Source: an uncultured Gammaproteobacteria bacterium (GTDB lineage Bacteria; Patescibacteriota; Patescibacteriia; VMEV01; CAYQCH01). From it: a stretch of 64,000 nt of DNA. A program made the translations under genes and the position numbers. This document shows positions 37,661 through 48,500 of the stretch, piece by piece. Below the pieces are notes generated by a model. It saw only the letters and a list, made by a program, of their open reading frames with translations, ran no database searches and had not been told where the DNA came from. Positions within the stretch are counted from its first letter, which is position 1. Each line of letters starts with the position of its first letter. The stretch covers positions 269,047 to 333,046 of the forward strand of contig CAZDCG010000002.1 of the NCBI GenBank assembly GCA_964503955.1, in the 5' to 3' direction.

Positions 37661-37765
37661 AGATCGCGGCCTTCAAAGATCATGCATTACAAATTCATTA
37701 TAGCAAATGGGAACAACTATTTATGCACAAATAGATGCGGTATAGACAAGATAGGCGTATCTGAA

Positions 37766-40700
37766 TCAGTCATTCATGCGTCTGAGCGCGAGATCTCCTT
37801 TGACTGTTTCACCTTCTTTTCGGATATCAATTTCGCTTTCCAGCAATGCACGCGACTCTTTTTCTTCAACCACTTCCGTTTGCGCGTATCCTTCCTTCTC
37901 TGCCTTTAACACGTATTTCCCCGGTTCAGGCGCGAACCGGAAACGTCCTTGATAATCGGATAGCCTTGATGCAACCACTTTGCCGAATGCCGGATCAATC
38001 AGCTGGAGATTGACCAGCGGCAAAGGCGCATTTGTAGCGATATCGTAGACGGTTCCCCAGGCTTTTTCAGACTTTTGACGTAATTTCAGCTGCAAGAGGA
38101 ACATCAACACATAAGCGGCTGACAGAATCCAATTAATTGGATTTTCGGGAACCGCTGCCACAACAACGACAGATGCAAGCGAACCGACAAAAAGCAATGG
38201 AAGCGCGAGGAAATGGCCGGCTTTTTGGAATGAAAGCCAGATTTTCTTGAACACGTTGGCCGTCTGCCACTTCTGTTCCATATTGACCGGATCCATAGGC
38301 AGATCTGGGACAATCAGCTCGGTTGTCTGGTCAGTGATTTCAATTCCTCCCTGGTACACATGGTCATATTTTCCGTCCTGCGTAATGCCTGACACAATCG
38401 ATGACGGGAAGGTATATTGCGGCTTTTTCACTTCGATGCGGTATGAACCAGGTTCTAAAAGCGCGTCATATTTACCTTGTTTATCCGTCACAAACGTGGA
38501 AACAAGACGTTCAGCATCATGTTCTTTCTTATAGAGGCGGATGATTGCTAAAGCCAAAGGATCCTTGGTAATCGCGTCATAAGCCACGCCGAAGAATCGC
38601 TGCTGACCTTTCTTCCTTCTTCCCACTAGACCGACAAGATACGTGATCGCGTGATAGAGCAAGGTTGGAAGATATGGGAGATAGCCCCATAAAGGAGCCG
38701 ACGAGATGACAACCACGGGAGCGGCAACTGTTAATGTTTGCTGGATTTCTTCTTCACGATCCTGAATGATCTCTTCAACCTTGTTTGTAACAGCGTTTAT
38801 GAACGCGGATAATTCATTTGGAGCCGCAATTGTCTCAAAATCCGCTTCAACGATTTGTTCATTCGCTCCACGTTCAACCGTGAAGCCACCAACACTCACC
38901 CGATCGCTAAGCAAATTCCCCTTAGACGCAATCACCTGAACAGAAACATTGACTCTTTCCCCTGGGAGCAGTCCAAGTTGCTCCGCGCTCACATAGGTTT
39001 GCCAGAATCCCTCGTCATCACTGACGACGATAACGGTAATATTACCATTGAAGATAAGGGTTACCGTGCTATTCGGCTGGCTGGTTGTTCCTGAAAATTC
39101 GATCTGGCCATTGCCAACGCGCGCGATGCCTGTCACCAGCAGAGCTTCTTGTTCCTCTTCTCCTTGCTCTCGTACCACTTCAAGGGTGAAGCTTTCGCCG
39201 TCGCTTGAAACCGTTGTTATTGTTTGAGGCTCTGGTGCTGCCGGTTCCTCTAAATCATCAACGGATATGCCGATCTCATCTTCGATGAGACGGTCCACAA
39301 CCTGACCCACTTGCCCAACCTCTTCCTGCGTTGGCGCAGGGACAGATTCCTGCTCAACAGGCTTCTCTTTGGCCGGTTCAGATATTTCTTCATCAAGAAC
39401 AGGCAATGCTTCAACATCCTCAGGTTGCTCCGTGGTTTCTTCTTCAATAGGCTCGTCAACAGGCTCTTCCTCAACGGGTTGCTCTTCCACTGGCTCATCA
39501 ATAGGTTCCTCTTCTGCAGGTTCTTCATCGTTTGACTCGTCTGCAGGCGACTGCTGATTTTGTTCATTCTGCTGCTGAATCTGCTGGCGCTGCTGCTGGC
39601 TTATCCCATCGCTTTGCGAAGGAGCAGGAGCTGGGGATCCCATTGTGAAACTGTCCGCTGATGTTGAGTATTCCCCTTCCGTGTCGTTGTCATCCCAGAA
39701 TTTGATCCGCACATAATAAGTTGAGCCGTCTTGCGCAAGGGCTGCTCCGCCAAAATTGATATTTTGGCTTCGATTGCCATCAACACAATCGGCCATTGAT
39801 TGCTTGCCGCTATCCCAGATGATGCTTGCAAATGTTGAATCGGTATCATCTACCTGGACACGATACGCATTCATAACATCGCCGATATCGGGGTCATTGC
39901 AGATCGCGCTAAAAACAGGATTTGTGCTTGTAATCCCCGTAGGATTGCTTGATCCCGATTGCGCGTCCGTATCATGGATGAAAATTTCCGTCGGTGCTGA
40001 AGGAGCGGAAAAATTCGCGGGTTCAGGGAGATCAAATGCAGCAACGAATCCGTCATTTCCTCCTCCCCCGGTACCAAATACAACCGCCCCCCCTTCGGTT
40101 TCCAGATCCGGTGAAGACGTATAAGCGGAGACATAGAATCGATCGTTAGAAAGATCCAGATACGCTCCGGCATCAGATTCACTTCCACTCCCCCCAAAAT
40201 ACGTTGCGTGCACGAGGTCGGAGAGCCCTCCCCCAACAGCATTGAATCTGCCAATAATCAGATCTTTTATTCCGCCGGCATGCGTCGTTGAAAATGCATC
40301 GCTCGTCACAGGGAAACTGTCACCTCCTGATCCCAAGAATGTGAGGAGACTGTGTTCGCTTAAATGAAGTTCACCGCACCATTCGCTTTTCGTCCCCCCA
40401 AGATAGGTTCCATAGATCAAATCTTCTTCTCCATTTCCATTAAGCGACATGCGGTAAAAAAACATATCTCCATTTCCGCCGGCATTGATCTTGCTATACG
40501 CATTATTCGTTGTAGGCAGATCAGTCGAATGTGATGTTCCACAGACATAGACTTCCTGCGTTTGCTGATTTACTGCTGCGCTGAAAGCTGAATCATAATC
40601 ATCCGTTCCGCCAATGAAGGTGCCATAAGCAAGAGAAGTAACCGAGGTGCCAGACGGGTCGATTTTGAGCAGAAATCCATCGCCGTTCACATTATCAAGA

Positions 40701-43700
40701 TCAGCATCAAATGCGCCGGCAGTGACTGCGGGGAAATCTGAAGAATATGTTTCTCCTACCACATACACATAATCGCTGTCAGCCGTAATCCCCCACGTAT
40801 CATCAACGTCGCTCCCTCCCGCATAACTTGAATAAACAAGTGAAGAAGCTCCGCTGACTGTTGTATCGATGAGGGCAATAAAAACATCACCATTGATTTC
40901 ATCTTCTGTTGTGTCAAAGGCATTTGCGGTGAGCGGAAAATCAGTTGAATACGTGGATCCGGAGACAGCAACAAGGCCGTCGGATGCATGCATGGATTTC
41001 CAAAACATGAATTCAGACCCGGAGCCGCCAAGGTAGGTTGCAAAGAGCACCGTATCCAGATCTTCATTCAGCTTAGCAACATAAGCATCACCTAAAGGGT
41101 CGGGAGTCATATCATGGCCCGCTATGTCTGGAATATGGGTTGAGACAAAGAAATCAGTAGAAGAACTGATCCCAGCGATATAGACATTCCCATTCTCATC
41201 AACACGCCCCGCGCTTGCACCATCATTACCGTCACCCCCAAAATACGTGGAAACGAGTATCCCAGTCCCCTGTTCGTTGAGTTTAAAAACGACGATATCA
41301 TTCGTACCGGCCAATGCAGGCTGCATCGCGCTAGCAACAGGAAAATCGGCAGATGAACTGGATCCGATGGCGATAATATTTCCTTGCGTGTCAACCCCCA
41401 CTCCCGCCAGCTGATCTCCATCACTGCCTCCAAGCTGTGTGGCTACGGGAAGAGAGGCTGCCGGAGAAAATGAACCAAAAGCAAGCTTCATGGCAAAGGT
41501 ATCGAAGTTTGTTGTATTGTTCTGAGTTTCATCATAAGCACCAGCTGTTGTTTGATAGCCGGCGGAACTGGTTTGGCCTCCGATATAGATGTCACCATTG
41601 CCATCAATGGCCATATCCCAAGCGCTTGTTGAACCGGATCCTCCAAAATATGAGGAAAAGAGCAGATCTGAGCTTCCATTCCCACCAGGGTCCAGCTTCA
41701 CGATGACACCGTTGCTGCTCGTTTCAAATGTGGAATCAAACGCGTCCGGAGTCACAGGAAAGTTCGAAGATGTTCCGCTCGAGGTTCTTCCGGTTACGTA
41801 GATACTTCCGCTGCTATCAACGGCAACAGCCTCTGCATTGTCATTGGAGGCAGAGCTGCTTATATATGTTGAATAAACAAGGTCATTTGTTCCATTCCCT
41901 CCCGGATTCAGCCTTGCAATAACCCAATCCTCACCGCTTTCGTATGATTCGTCATACGCGCCAGCGGTCACAGGAAAGTTATTGGATTGCGTGGATCCCG
42001 CAAGGTATATGTCTCCGTTCGATCCGTGAAAAACACCACCAGCAGTGTCCCTTGCCGTACCTCCAAGAAATGTCGAATAGATCAGATCAGTCGCGCCTGA
42101 TCCTGCAGGATTGATAATTGTGACAAATAGATCAAAATTTCCGTTATGCGACGTATCAAAGGCATTTACCGATGTAGGAAAATCCACGGAACTCGTCTCG
42201 CCGAATAAAATTGCCCGGCCGCTGCCGTCTATTGCCACGTCAGCGATAAATTCATAGTCGCTGTCCGGCCCGAGAAATGTGGAATACGCCAAAGATGCAG
42301 CACCGCTCTGAGATGTATCGATTAAGGACAAAAACGCGTCCCAATTGGAATTATCACCTGTTTCGTCGTAGGCATTTGCGGTGACCGGAAATTCAAGGCT
42401 CCCTACTTCACCGACAAGATAGGCTACCCCTGCATCCGTGACATCCATGGAATAGGCATATTCCCAGTCGCTATTGCCACCAAGCACGGTTGAATAGATG
42501 AATGCAGCCCCGGACGGAGATAAGACGCTCAGAACCGCGTCACCGGAAAAATCAGGGGTGGAGGCTTGAAACTCATTAAGAACAGGATAATCCGTATCGC
42601 AGGTGCCTCCCGTAACATATGCATTGCCCGCAGCATCAACCTTTCCTTTTGTCAGATAGGTAGCACAATCCGTTCCTCCAATATAGGTCGCATAAACCAA
42701 ATCAGATACTCCATTCCCCTCCGGTGAGAGCTTTGCCACAAACCCGACTGATCCGCTCGGAGGAATCGTGTCTTGCGCTGAACCAGGCGTTGCAGGAAAG
42801 TCATCACTGTCCGTTTCCCCGAATAGGTAAATATTGCCGTTTGAGTCAACGTCAATACCGTAGGCAAAGTCAGATCCGTTGGCACCGCCAAGAACCGTGC
42901 TGTATTCAAGCAATGACGGTACGGACACCGTAAAGCTGCCCATGAATGAAAAGTCGCCATTATTACTTTCAAATTCACCATCGGATGTTCTCACACACCA
43001 ATAATACGTTGTTCCATCCGAAAGACCTGAAGCAATAAAAGATGCATTTTGGTTACTCGATACCGTAGAGCTGCTGCCGCTTGCCACAACACCGGCCCCA
43101 TCAGAGAGACAATCCGCTTCCCCGGTGGAACTAATGCGAAAATCGACAACAAGCTCTGATCCGGCATCGTCATCTAAAGCCTTCGCAACCAATTGAATCG
43201 ATGTATTGGTAACCGTTGTCCCATCCGTTGGAGACACAACGGTTGATTCGCGAGGCGCGCCGTTTCGTGTGGTCATGGCAAAGACGAGTCCATCATATAC
43301 TCCACCGAGGAAATTCGGACGCACCGAGCCATTTGTGCCCATCCCGACGGAATTAACACGTCCTGCGCCATAGATTGTCTGTGTTGTGTCATCCACCACG
43401 ATGGCTCGTCCTTGATCGGCACCCGCACCACCAAAGAGCCGATGATAACTTGAATAGAGCAAGGTGTCGCCCGCCGGGTTGACCTTGACGACGACAAAAT
43501 CTCCCTCAGCATTTTCAACGGTATTTGGGGTCGGCTGCGCAGCATTTGCCGTTACAGGGAATCGTTGCGCGTGAAGGTTTGATTGACCGATCGCGTAAAC
43601 ATTTCCCGCGGAATCAGCATCAACTCCATAAAACCAATCGCTGGCTCCGCCGCCAAACAGACTTGACCAGACAAGTGAATTTTCTCCTGTCGTTGTTGTA

Positions 43701-45478
43701 TTGAATTTCGCAATAAACGCGTCTCTCCCCCCATGAACGCCCGCAGCCGAGTACGCATCCGGAAAGTTTCCACTCAGAGGATTTTTTGTAGGAAAGCCGG
43801 TCACTGCCGTTCCTGCAAGGTACACATGTCCGGCATTCAAAGGGTCTGGCACAACACCGTATGCTATCTCAGCACCTTCCTCAGTGCCTAGATAACTAAT
43901 GTACTGAATAACTCCAGTGGAATTTGTTTTTATCAGGAGAGCATAACCAGATATCCCGATTGCTGCCGTTTGGTATCCGTTTTCAGGGAATACATCCGTC
44001 ACATTCGCAGTGGTCGTTCCTACGACATAGATATTTCCGCTATCGTCCACCTCAACATCGTATGGCACTCCGCTGATAAACTGCCTCGCGAATATTCTCC
44101 CGGTACCGGTTGAATTGATTTTGACGATGGATACGCCAAACCCCTCCTCTCCGGTTGTATGCCAGTCTTCATCCCACGAATCATCCTCCGCCAGAATTGC
44201 ATTTCCTACAGAGTCAATCGCCAATGCGTCTGCTGATCCATGAGTATAGGTTGAAAAAATAAGCGCATCGCCGTCAGCATCAAGACGTGTTAAAAATCCA
44301 TTGCTGTTAAAATCTTCTCCGATGACTCCAGGCGTCATTGGAAACGAGTCGCTTGTGGTTGTTCCTGAAATATACACGGATCCATCTGAATGAACCGCAA
44401 TTCCTGTTGCATCTTCCGCTTTGGTTGTACCTAAATACGTTGCGTAGACAAATGATGTTCCAGTGGAATTCAACTTCAAGACGAAGACATCATGATCTCC
44501 CGCGAAATTTTCCTGATAATGCCCGCTTGTCGGCGTAAGATTAGTTGAAGTCGTTTTTCCTACAACATAGAGATCTCCTGATGTATCGCGCACCATGTCA
44601 ATAATCTCGTCGTCAATATTTCCCCCAACATAGGTAGACCAGGCCACATAAGGATCGATGATCAACTCATACGATGCATCATATTCACCCAATGCGAATC
44701 CATACGAACTGTCGTCAATGATTTGATAAGAAGATTCCACCGGTTTCTTTTCTCCGTTAATCAATTGATACGTTTCCGGAGGTTTGATTCCCAGATTTCC
44801 CTGCGCCGTTTGCAGCACCAATGTTCCATCAGGATTGAGAGAAATTTTGTCGACTCCTTCAATCAATAGTTGAATTTGCGAAGGATCCGCATAAGGAGAT
44901 ACAAGATATTCGTATTTCAGCTGAGATGATTTCCCACTGTAAACAAGATCAATGCCGTCATAAAGATTCTCATAACGAATTTTTCCGAAGGTCGAAGCAC
45001 CCTGCACCCATTTATCCGGATCATTGCCAATGAAATAATTAACCTTGCCCTCTTGCTCTTCTTCTCCAGCAATCGTCACTGCACCATTGGCATTCATGAA
45101 TTTCTGGCGAATAACCGTAGTTGATACAGTATCCTCAGTTTCCCTGCTTTCTCTTTTTTTCGCAGCCCGCTCGCGCGGAGAAAGAATTTGCGAATCCTCA
45201 GAAGCTGACCGCTCGGTAATGCTGAACACAACCTCCTCAGGCGTGAAAAAAATAGATGTACCGCCGTTTCGGACGAGATATTTCACAACCTCGTCCACTT
45301 GACCGCGGTTTTCCTGAAAACTAAGTGCCAGCCCGTTCAAAAGCTGTTTGACCTGTTCCTCTGAGACAGGAGTCTCTTCGGGTGTAAACAATGATTCATT
45401 TTTATAAAGATACGCAACGGCAAATACAAAAACGATTAGAGCAAACGCTCCAATGATCCATTTGATATGTTTGTTCAT
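37766..45478 (-). CDS. Giant surface protein 2 (2570 aa). Domain order: N-terminal signal anchor, ENRGQ domain, SBBP-like repeats, uncharacterised FSAIC module, acidic E/P linker, Ig-like, shared C-terminal 3-TM/CarboxypepD_reg anchor
   Basis: N-terminal TM IIGAFALIVFVFAVAYLY, then LSFQENRGQVDEVVKYLV (the ENRGQ domain, also in gene 4). Many xSTYxGGxxxDxxxGIxVDxxGNxYIxGxTxSxDFPxT repeats. The C-terminal ~450 aa is near-identical to gene 3. Confidence 0.8.
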   Translation of the reverse strand: MNKHIKWIIGAFALIVFVFAVAYLYKNESLFTPEETPVSEEQVKQLLNGLALSFQENRGQVDEVVKYLVRNGGTSIFFTPEEVVFSITERSASEDSQILSPRERAAKKRESRETEDTVSTTVIRQKFMNANGAVTIAGEEEQEGKVNYFIGNDPDKWVQGASTFGKIRYENLYDGIDLVYSGKSSQLKYEYLVSPYADPSQIQLLIEGVDKISLNPDGTLVLQTAQGNLGIKPPETYQLINGEKKPVESSYQIIDDSSYGFALGEYDASYELIIDPYVAWSTYVGGNIDDEIIDMVRDTSGDLYVVGKTTSTNLTPTSGHYQENFAGDHDVFVLKLNSTGTSFVYATYLGTTKAEDATGIAVHSDGSVYISGTTTSDSFPMTPGVIGEDFNSNGFLTRLDADGDALIFSTYTHGSADALAIDSVGNAILAEDDSWDEDWHTTGEEGFGVSIVKINSTGTGRIFARQFISGVPYDVEVDDSGNIYVVGTTTANVTDVFPENGYQTAAIGISGYALLIKTNSTGVIQYISYLGTEEGAEIAYGVVPDPLNAGHVYLAGTAVTGFPTKNPLSGNFPDAYSAAGVHGGRDAFIAKFNTTTTGENSLVWSSLFGGGASDWFYGVDADSAGNVYAIGQSNLHAQRFPVTANAAQPTPNTVENAEGDFVVVKVNPAGDTLLYSSYHRLFGGAGADQGRAIVVDDTTQTIYGAGRVNSVGMGTNGSVRPNFLGGVYDGLVFAMTTRNGAPRESTVVSPTDGTTVTNTSIQLVAKALDDDAGSELVVDFRISSTGEADCLSDGAGVVASGSSSTVSSNQNASFIASGLSDGTTYYWCVRTSDGEFESNNGDFSFMGSFTVSVPSLLEYSTVLGGANGSDFAYGIDVDSNGNIYLFGETDSDDFPATPGSAQDTIPPSGSVGFVAKLSPEGNGVSDLVYATYIGGTDCATYLTKGKVDAAGNAYVTGGTCDTDYPVLNEFQASTPDFSGDAVLSVLSPSGAAFIYSTVLGGNSDWEYAYSMDVTDAGVAYLVGEVGSLEFPVTANAYDETGDNSNWDAFLSLIDTSQSGAASLAYSTFLGPDSDYEFIADVAIDGSGRAILFGETSSVDFPTSVNAFDTSHNGNFDLFVTIINPAGSGATDLIYSTFLGGTARDTAGGVFHGSNGDIYLAGSTQSNNFPVTAGAYDESYESGEDWVIARLNPGGNGTNDLVYSTYISSSASNDNAEAVAVDSSGSIYVTGRTSSGTSSNFPVTPDAFDSTFETSSNGVIVKLDPGGNGSSDLLFSSYFGGSGSTSAWDMAIDGNGDIYIGGQTSSAGYQTTAGAYDETQNNTTNFDTFAMKLAFGSFSPAASLPVATQLGGSDGDQLAGVGVDTQGNIIAIGSSSSADFPVASAMQPALAGTNDIVVFKLNEQGTGILVSTYFGGDGNDGASAGRVDENGNVYIAGISSSTDFFVSTHIPDIAGHDMTPDPLGDAYVAKLNEDLDTVLFATYLGGSGSEFMFWKSMHASDGLVAVSGSTYSTDFPLTANAFDTTEDEINGDVFIALIDTTVSGASSLVYSSYAGGSDVDDTWGITADSDYVYVVGETYSSDFPAVTAGAFDADLDNVNGDGFLLKIDPSGTSVTSLAYGTFIGGTDDYDSAFSAAVNQQTQEVYVCGTSHSTDLPTTNNAYSKINAGGNGDMFFYRMSLNGNGEEDLIYGTYLGGTKSEWCGELHLSEHSLLTFLGSGGDSFPVTSDAFSTTHAGGIKDLIIGRFNAVGGGLSDLVHATYFGGSGSESDAGAYLDLSNDRFYVSAYTSSPDLETEGGAVVFGTGGGGNDGFVAAFDLPEPANFSAPSAPTEIFIHDTDAQSGSSNPTGITSTNPVFSAICNDPDIGDVMNAYRVQVDDTDSTFASIIWDSGKQSMADCVDGNRSQNINFGGAALAQDGSTYYVRIKFWDDNDTEGEYSTSADSFTMGSPAPAPSQSDGISQQQRQQIQQQNEQNQQSPADESNDEEPAEEEPIDEPVEEQPVEEEPVDEPIEEETTEQPEDVEALPVLDEEISEPAKEKPVEQESVPAPTQEEVGQVGQVVDRLIEDEIGISVDDLEEPAAPEPQTITTVSSDGESFTLEVVREQGEEEQEALLVTGIARVGNGQIEFSGTTSQPNSTVTLIFNGNITVIVVSDDEGFWQTYVSAEQLGLLPGERVNVSVQVIASKGNLLSDRVSVGGFTVERGANEQIVEADFETIAAPNELSAFINAVTNKVEEIIQDREEEIQQTLTVAAPVVVISSAPLWGYLPYLPTLLYHAITYLVGLVGRRKKGQQRFFGVAYDAITKDPLALAIIRLYKKEHDAERLVSTFVTDKQGKYDALLEPGSYRIEVKKPQYTFPSSIVSGITQDGKYDHVYQGGIEITDQTTELIVPDLPMDPVNMEQKWQTANVFKKIWLSFQKAGHFLALPLLFVGSLASVVVVAAVPENPINWILSAAYVLMFLLQLKLRQKSEKAWGTVYDIATNAPLPLVNLQLIDPAFGKVVASRLSDYQGRFRFAPEPGKYVLKAEKEGYAQTEVVEEKESRALLESEIDIRKEGETVKGDLALRRMND
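38559..39920. repeat. Copy A of ~1.36-kb near-identical direct repeat (inside giant gene 2)
   Basis: Sequence identity with 46327-47665 begins at ggatccttggtaatcgcgtcataagccacgcc and ends at ...agatcgcgct. Copy A carries an extra 18 bp (ctcaacgggttgctcttc, about 39466-39483) and a few SNPs. The identical antisense ORFs 38855-39094 and 46623-46862 in the ORF track confirm it. Confidence 0.85.
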
Positions 45479-45539
45479 AGATATCCTGTCAACATCATGC
45501 GTTCATTGTAACAGACAGAGACCAGAGATCAACACGTGA

Positions 45540-48500
45540 TCAAAAGAGTCGCATCGGAATATCACCGCTGATTGTCTGGTTCTCCTTTTCAATCACCAGC
45601 TCGCCGGAAATCATACGGTGGTTTTTCGCGCCTTCAACCACTTCCGCCTGCGCATAGCCATCCTTTTCCGCTCTCACGACATACTTCCCAGGCTCAGGCG
45701 TGAATCGGAAACGTCCTTGATAATCAGAAAGACGGGAGGCAACAACTTTGCCAAAGGCAGGATCAATCAACTGGAGGTTCACAAGCGGCAAAGGCGCGTT
45801 TGTTGCAATATCGTAAACAATTCCCCACGCTTTTTGCGGTTTTTGACGCAATTTTAACTGCAGCAGGAACATCAACACGTAAGCGACGGACAAAATCCAG
45901 TTGATTGGATTCTCAGGAACTGCCGCCACGACAACAACGGAGACAAGCGACCCGGCAAAAAGCAGCGGCAAAGCCAGGAAATTGCCGGCTTTCTGCAATG
46001 AGAGCCAAAGTTTCTTGAAGATATTCGCTGTTTCCCACTTCAGTTCTGCGTTGACGGGGTCCAGCGGCAAGTCAGGGACAACCAGTTCAGTTGTCTGATC
46101 GGTGATCTCAATTCCCCCTTGGTACACATGGTCGTAAGCACCATCTTCCGAGGTCTCTGAAACGATGGATGATGGGAAGGAGTACTGGGGTTTCTTCACG
46201 TCAATGCGATACGAGCCTGGTTCAAGCAGAAAGTCGTACTTCCCTTGTTTGTCGGTAACGAAAGTAGAAACCAGGCGTTCAGACGCATTTTCTTTTTTAT
46301 AAAGACGGACGATCGCAAGAGCTAGAGGATCCTTGGTAATCGCGTCATAAGCCACGCCGAAGAATCGCTGCTGACCTTTCTTCCTTCTTCCCACTAGACC
46401 GACAAGATACGTGATCGCGTGATAGAGCAAGGTTGGAAGATATGGGAGATAGCCCCATAAAGGAGCCGACGAGATGACAACCACGGGAGCGGCAACTGTT
46501 AATGTTTGCTGGATTTCTTCTTCACGATCCTGAATGATCTCTTCAACCTTGTTTGTAACAGCGTTTATGAACGCGGATAATTCATTTGGAGCCGCAATTG
46601 TCTCAAAATCCGCTTCAACGATTTGTTCATTCGCTCCACGTTCAACCGTGAAGCCACCAACACTCACCCGATCGCTAAGCAAATTCCCCTTAGACGCAAT
46701 CACCTGAACAGAAACATTGACTCTTTCCCCTGGGAGCAGTCCAAGTTGCTCCGCGCTCACATAGGTTTGCCAGAATCCCTCGTCATCACTGACGACGATA
46801 ACGGTAATATTACCATTGAAGATAAGGGTTACCGTGCTATTCGGCTGGCTGGTTGTTCCTGAAAATTCGATCTGGCCATTGCCAACGCGCGCGATGCCTG
46901 TCACCAGCAGAGCTTCTTGTTCCTCTTCTCCTTGCTCTCGTACCACTTCAAGGGTGAAGCTTTCGCCGTCGCTTGAAACCGTTGTTATTGTTTGAGGCTC
47001 TGGTGCTGCCGGTTCCTCTAAATCATCAACGGATATGCCGATCTCATCTTCGATGAGACGGTCCACAACCTGACCCACTTGCCCAACCTCTTCCTGCGTT
47101 GGCGCAGGGACAGATTCCTGCTCAACAGGCTTCTCTTTGGCCGGTTCAGATATTTCTTCATCAAGAACAGGCAATGCTTCAACATCCTCAGGTTCCTCCA
47201 TGGTTTCTTCTTCAATAGGCTCGTCAACAGGCTCTTCCACTGGCTCATCAATAGGTTCCTCTTCTGCAGGTTCTTCATCGTTTGACTCGTCTGCAGGCGA
47301 CTGCTGATTTTGTTCATTCTGCTGCTGAATCTGCTGGCGCTGCTGCTGGCTTATCCCATCGCTTTGCGAAGGAGCAGGAGCTGGGGATCCCATTGTGAAA
47401 CTGTCCGCTGATGTTGAGTATTCCCCTTCCGTGTCGTTGTCATCCCAGAATTTGATCCGCACATAATAAGTTGAGCCGTCTTGCGCGAGGGCTGCTCCGC
47501 CAAAATTGATATTTTGGCTTCGATTGCCATCAACACAGTCGGCCATTGATTGCTTGCCGCTATCCCAGAGGATGCTTGCAAATGTTGAATCGGTATCATC
47601 GACCTGGACACGATACGCATTCATCACATCGCCGATATCGGGGTCATTGCAGATCGCGCTGAAAACCGGGGTTCCGGCTGTAAGGTCTATTGGATTTGAT
47701 AAGCCAGCCTGAGCATTTGTATTGTTGGCAAACAGGTTGGTCGGAGCTGTCGGCGCGGAGTTGGTGGCGCCAGCGCCTGCAAAATCGATACGCATGATCA
47801 ATCCCTTATCGAAACTTCCGTCAACCGTGGTCTGAAACGGAGTACCTGTCGCGGAGAATGCTTCTAAAGAATACGCCTGCATGTACCCGCCCAGATAGAC
47901 GATATCTCCTTGAACATCAACCCCCCGGAAATGCTCATCAGTACCATCCACGCCAAAAATTGAAGCGTAAATAAGATCATTAACACCGTTTCCTCCGGGA
48001 TTCAGGCGCAGGAGGTACGCATCTTGGCTAAAAAACACCTCGTTTCCATAGGTTGTCGCAGGCGTGACAAGAGGGTTGTTATCGCTGGTTGATCCGACCA
48101 GGTAGACATCTGTACCGTCGAAAGCGATGTTATTAAAGCTCTGACTGATGAAAGTCGAATATTCTAAGGCCCCTGTACCAGCAACGGCGGTGTCAAATTT
48201 AATCAGATAACCTTCACTGAACCCAGTGAAACTTGTGTCGTAAGCACCCACGGTTGTGGGGAAACCCGAACCGCCCGTATTGCCAACCACATATATCTCA
48301 CCCGTTGTTCGATCAAATGCCGCGCCGGTTACGCTTTCGCTGCTTGTTGTGCCCAGGAATGACAGGTATTGCATGTCTGTTGATCCTCCACCTGCCGGGT
48401 CAAGGCGCCCAAAAACGGTATCCAAGCTACCGTTGTGCGTTGAATCATATCCTCCAGGTAATGACGGAAAGTTGGATGAGAATGCGTCGAGGGTGAAATA

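Noticed and set aside
38855-39094. Identical 79-aa ORFs at 38855-39094 and 46623-46862 (and related pairs 39250-39567/47018-47317, 39601-39849/47351-47620)
   Set aside because: They are antisense shadow ORFs inside giant genes 2 and 3. They are useful only as confirmation of the near-identical direct repeat and are not genes.
38559-47665. CRISPR array or IS element as explanation for the repeated DNA
   Set aside because: The repeats are ~1.4-kb and longer protein-coding paralog segments with no short regular spacers, no transposase ORF and no terminal inverted repeats.
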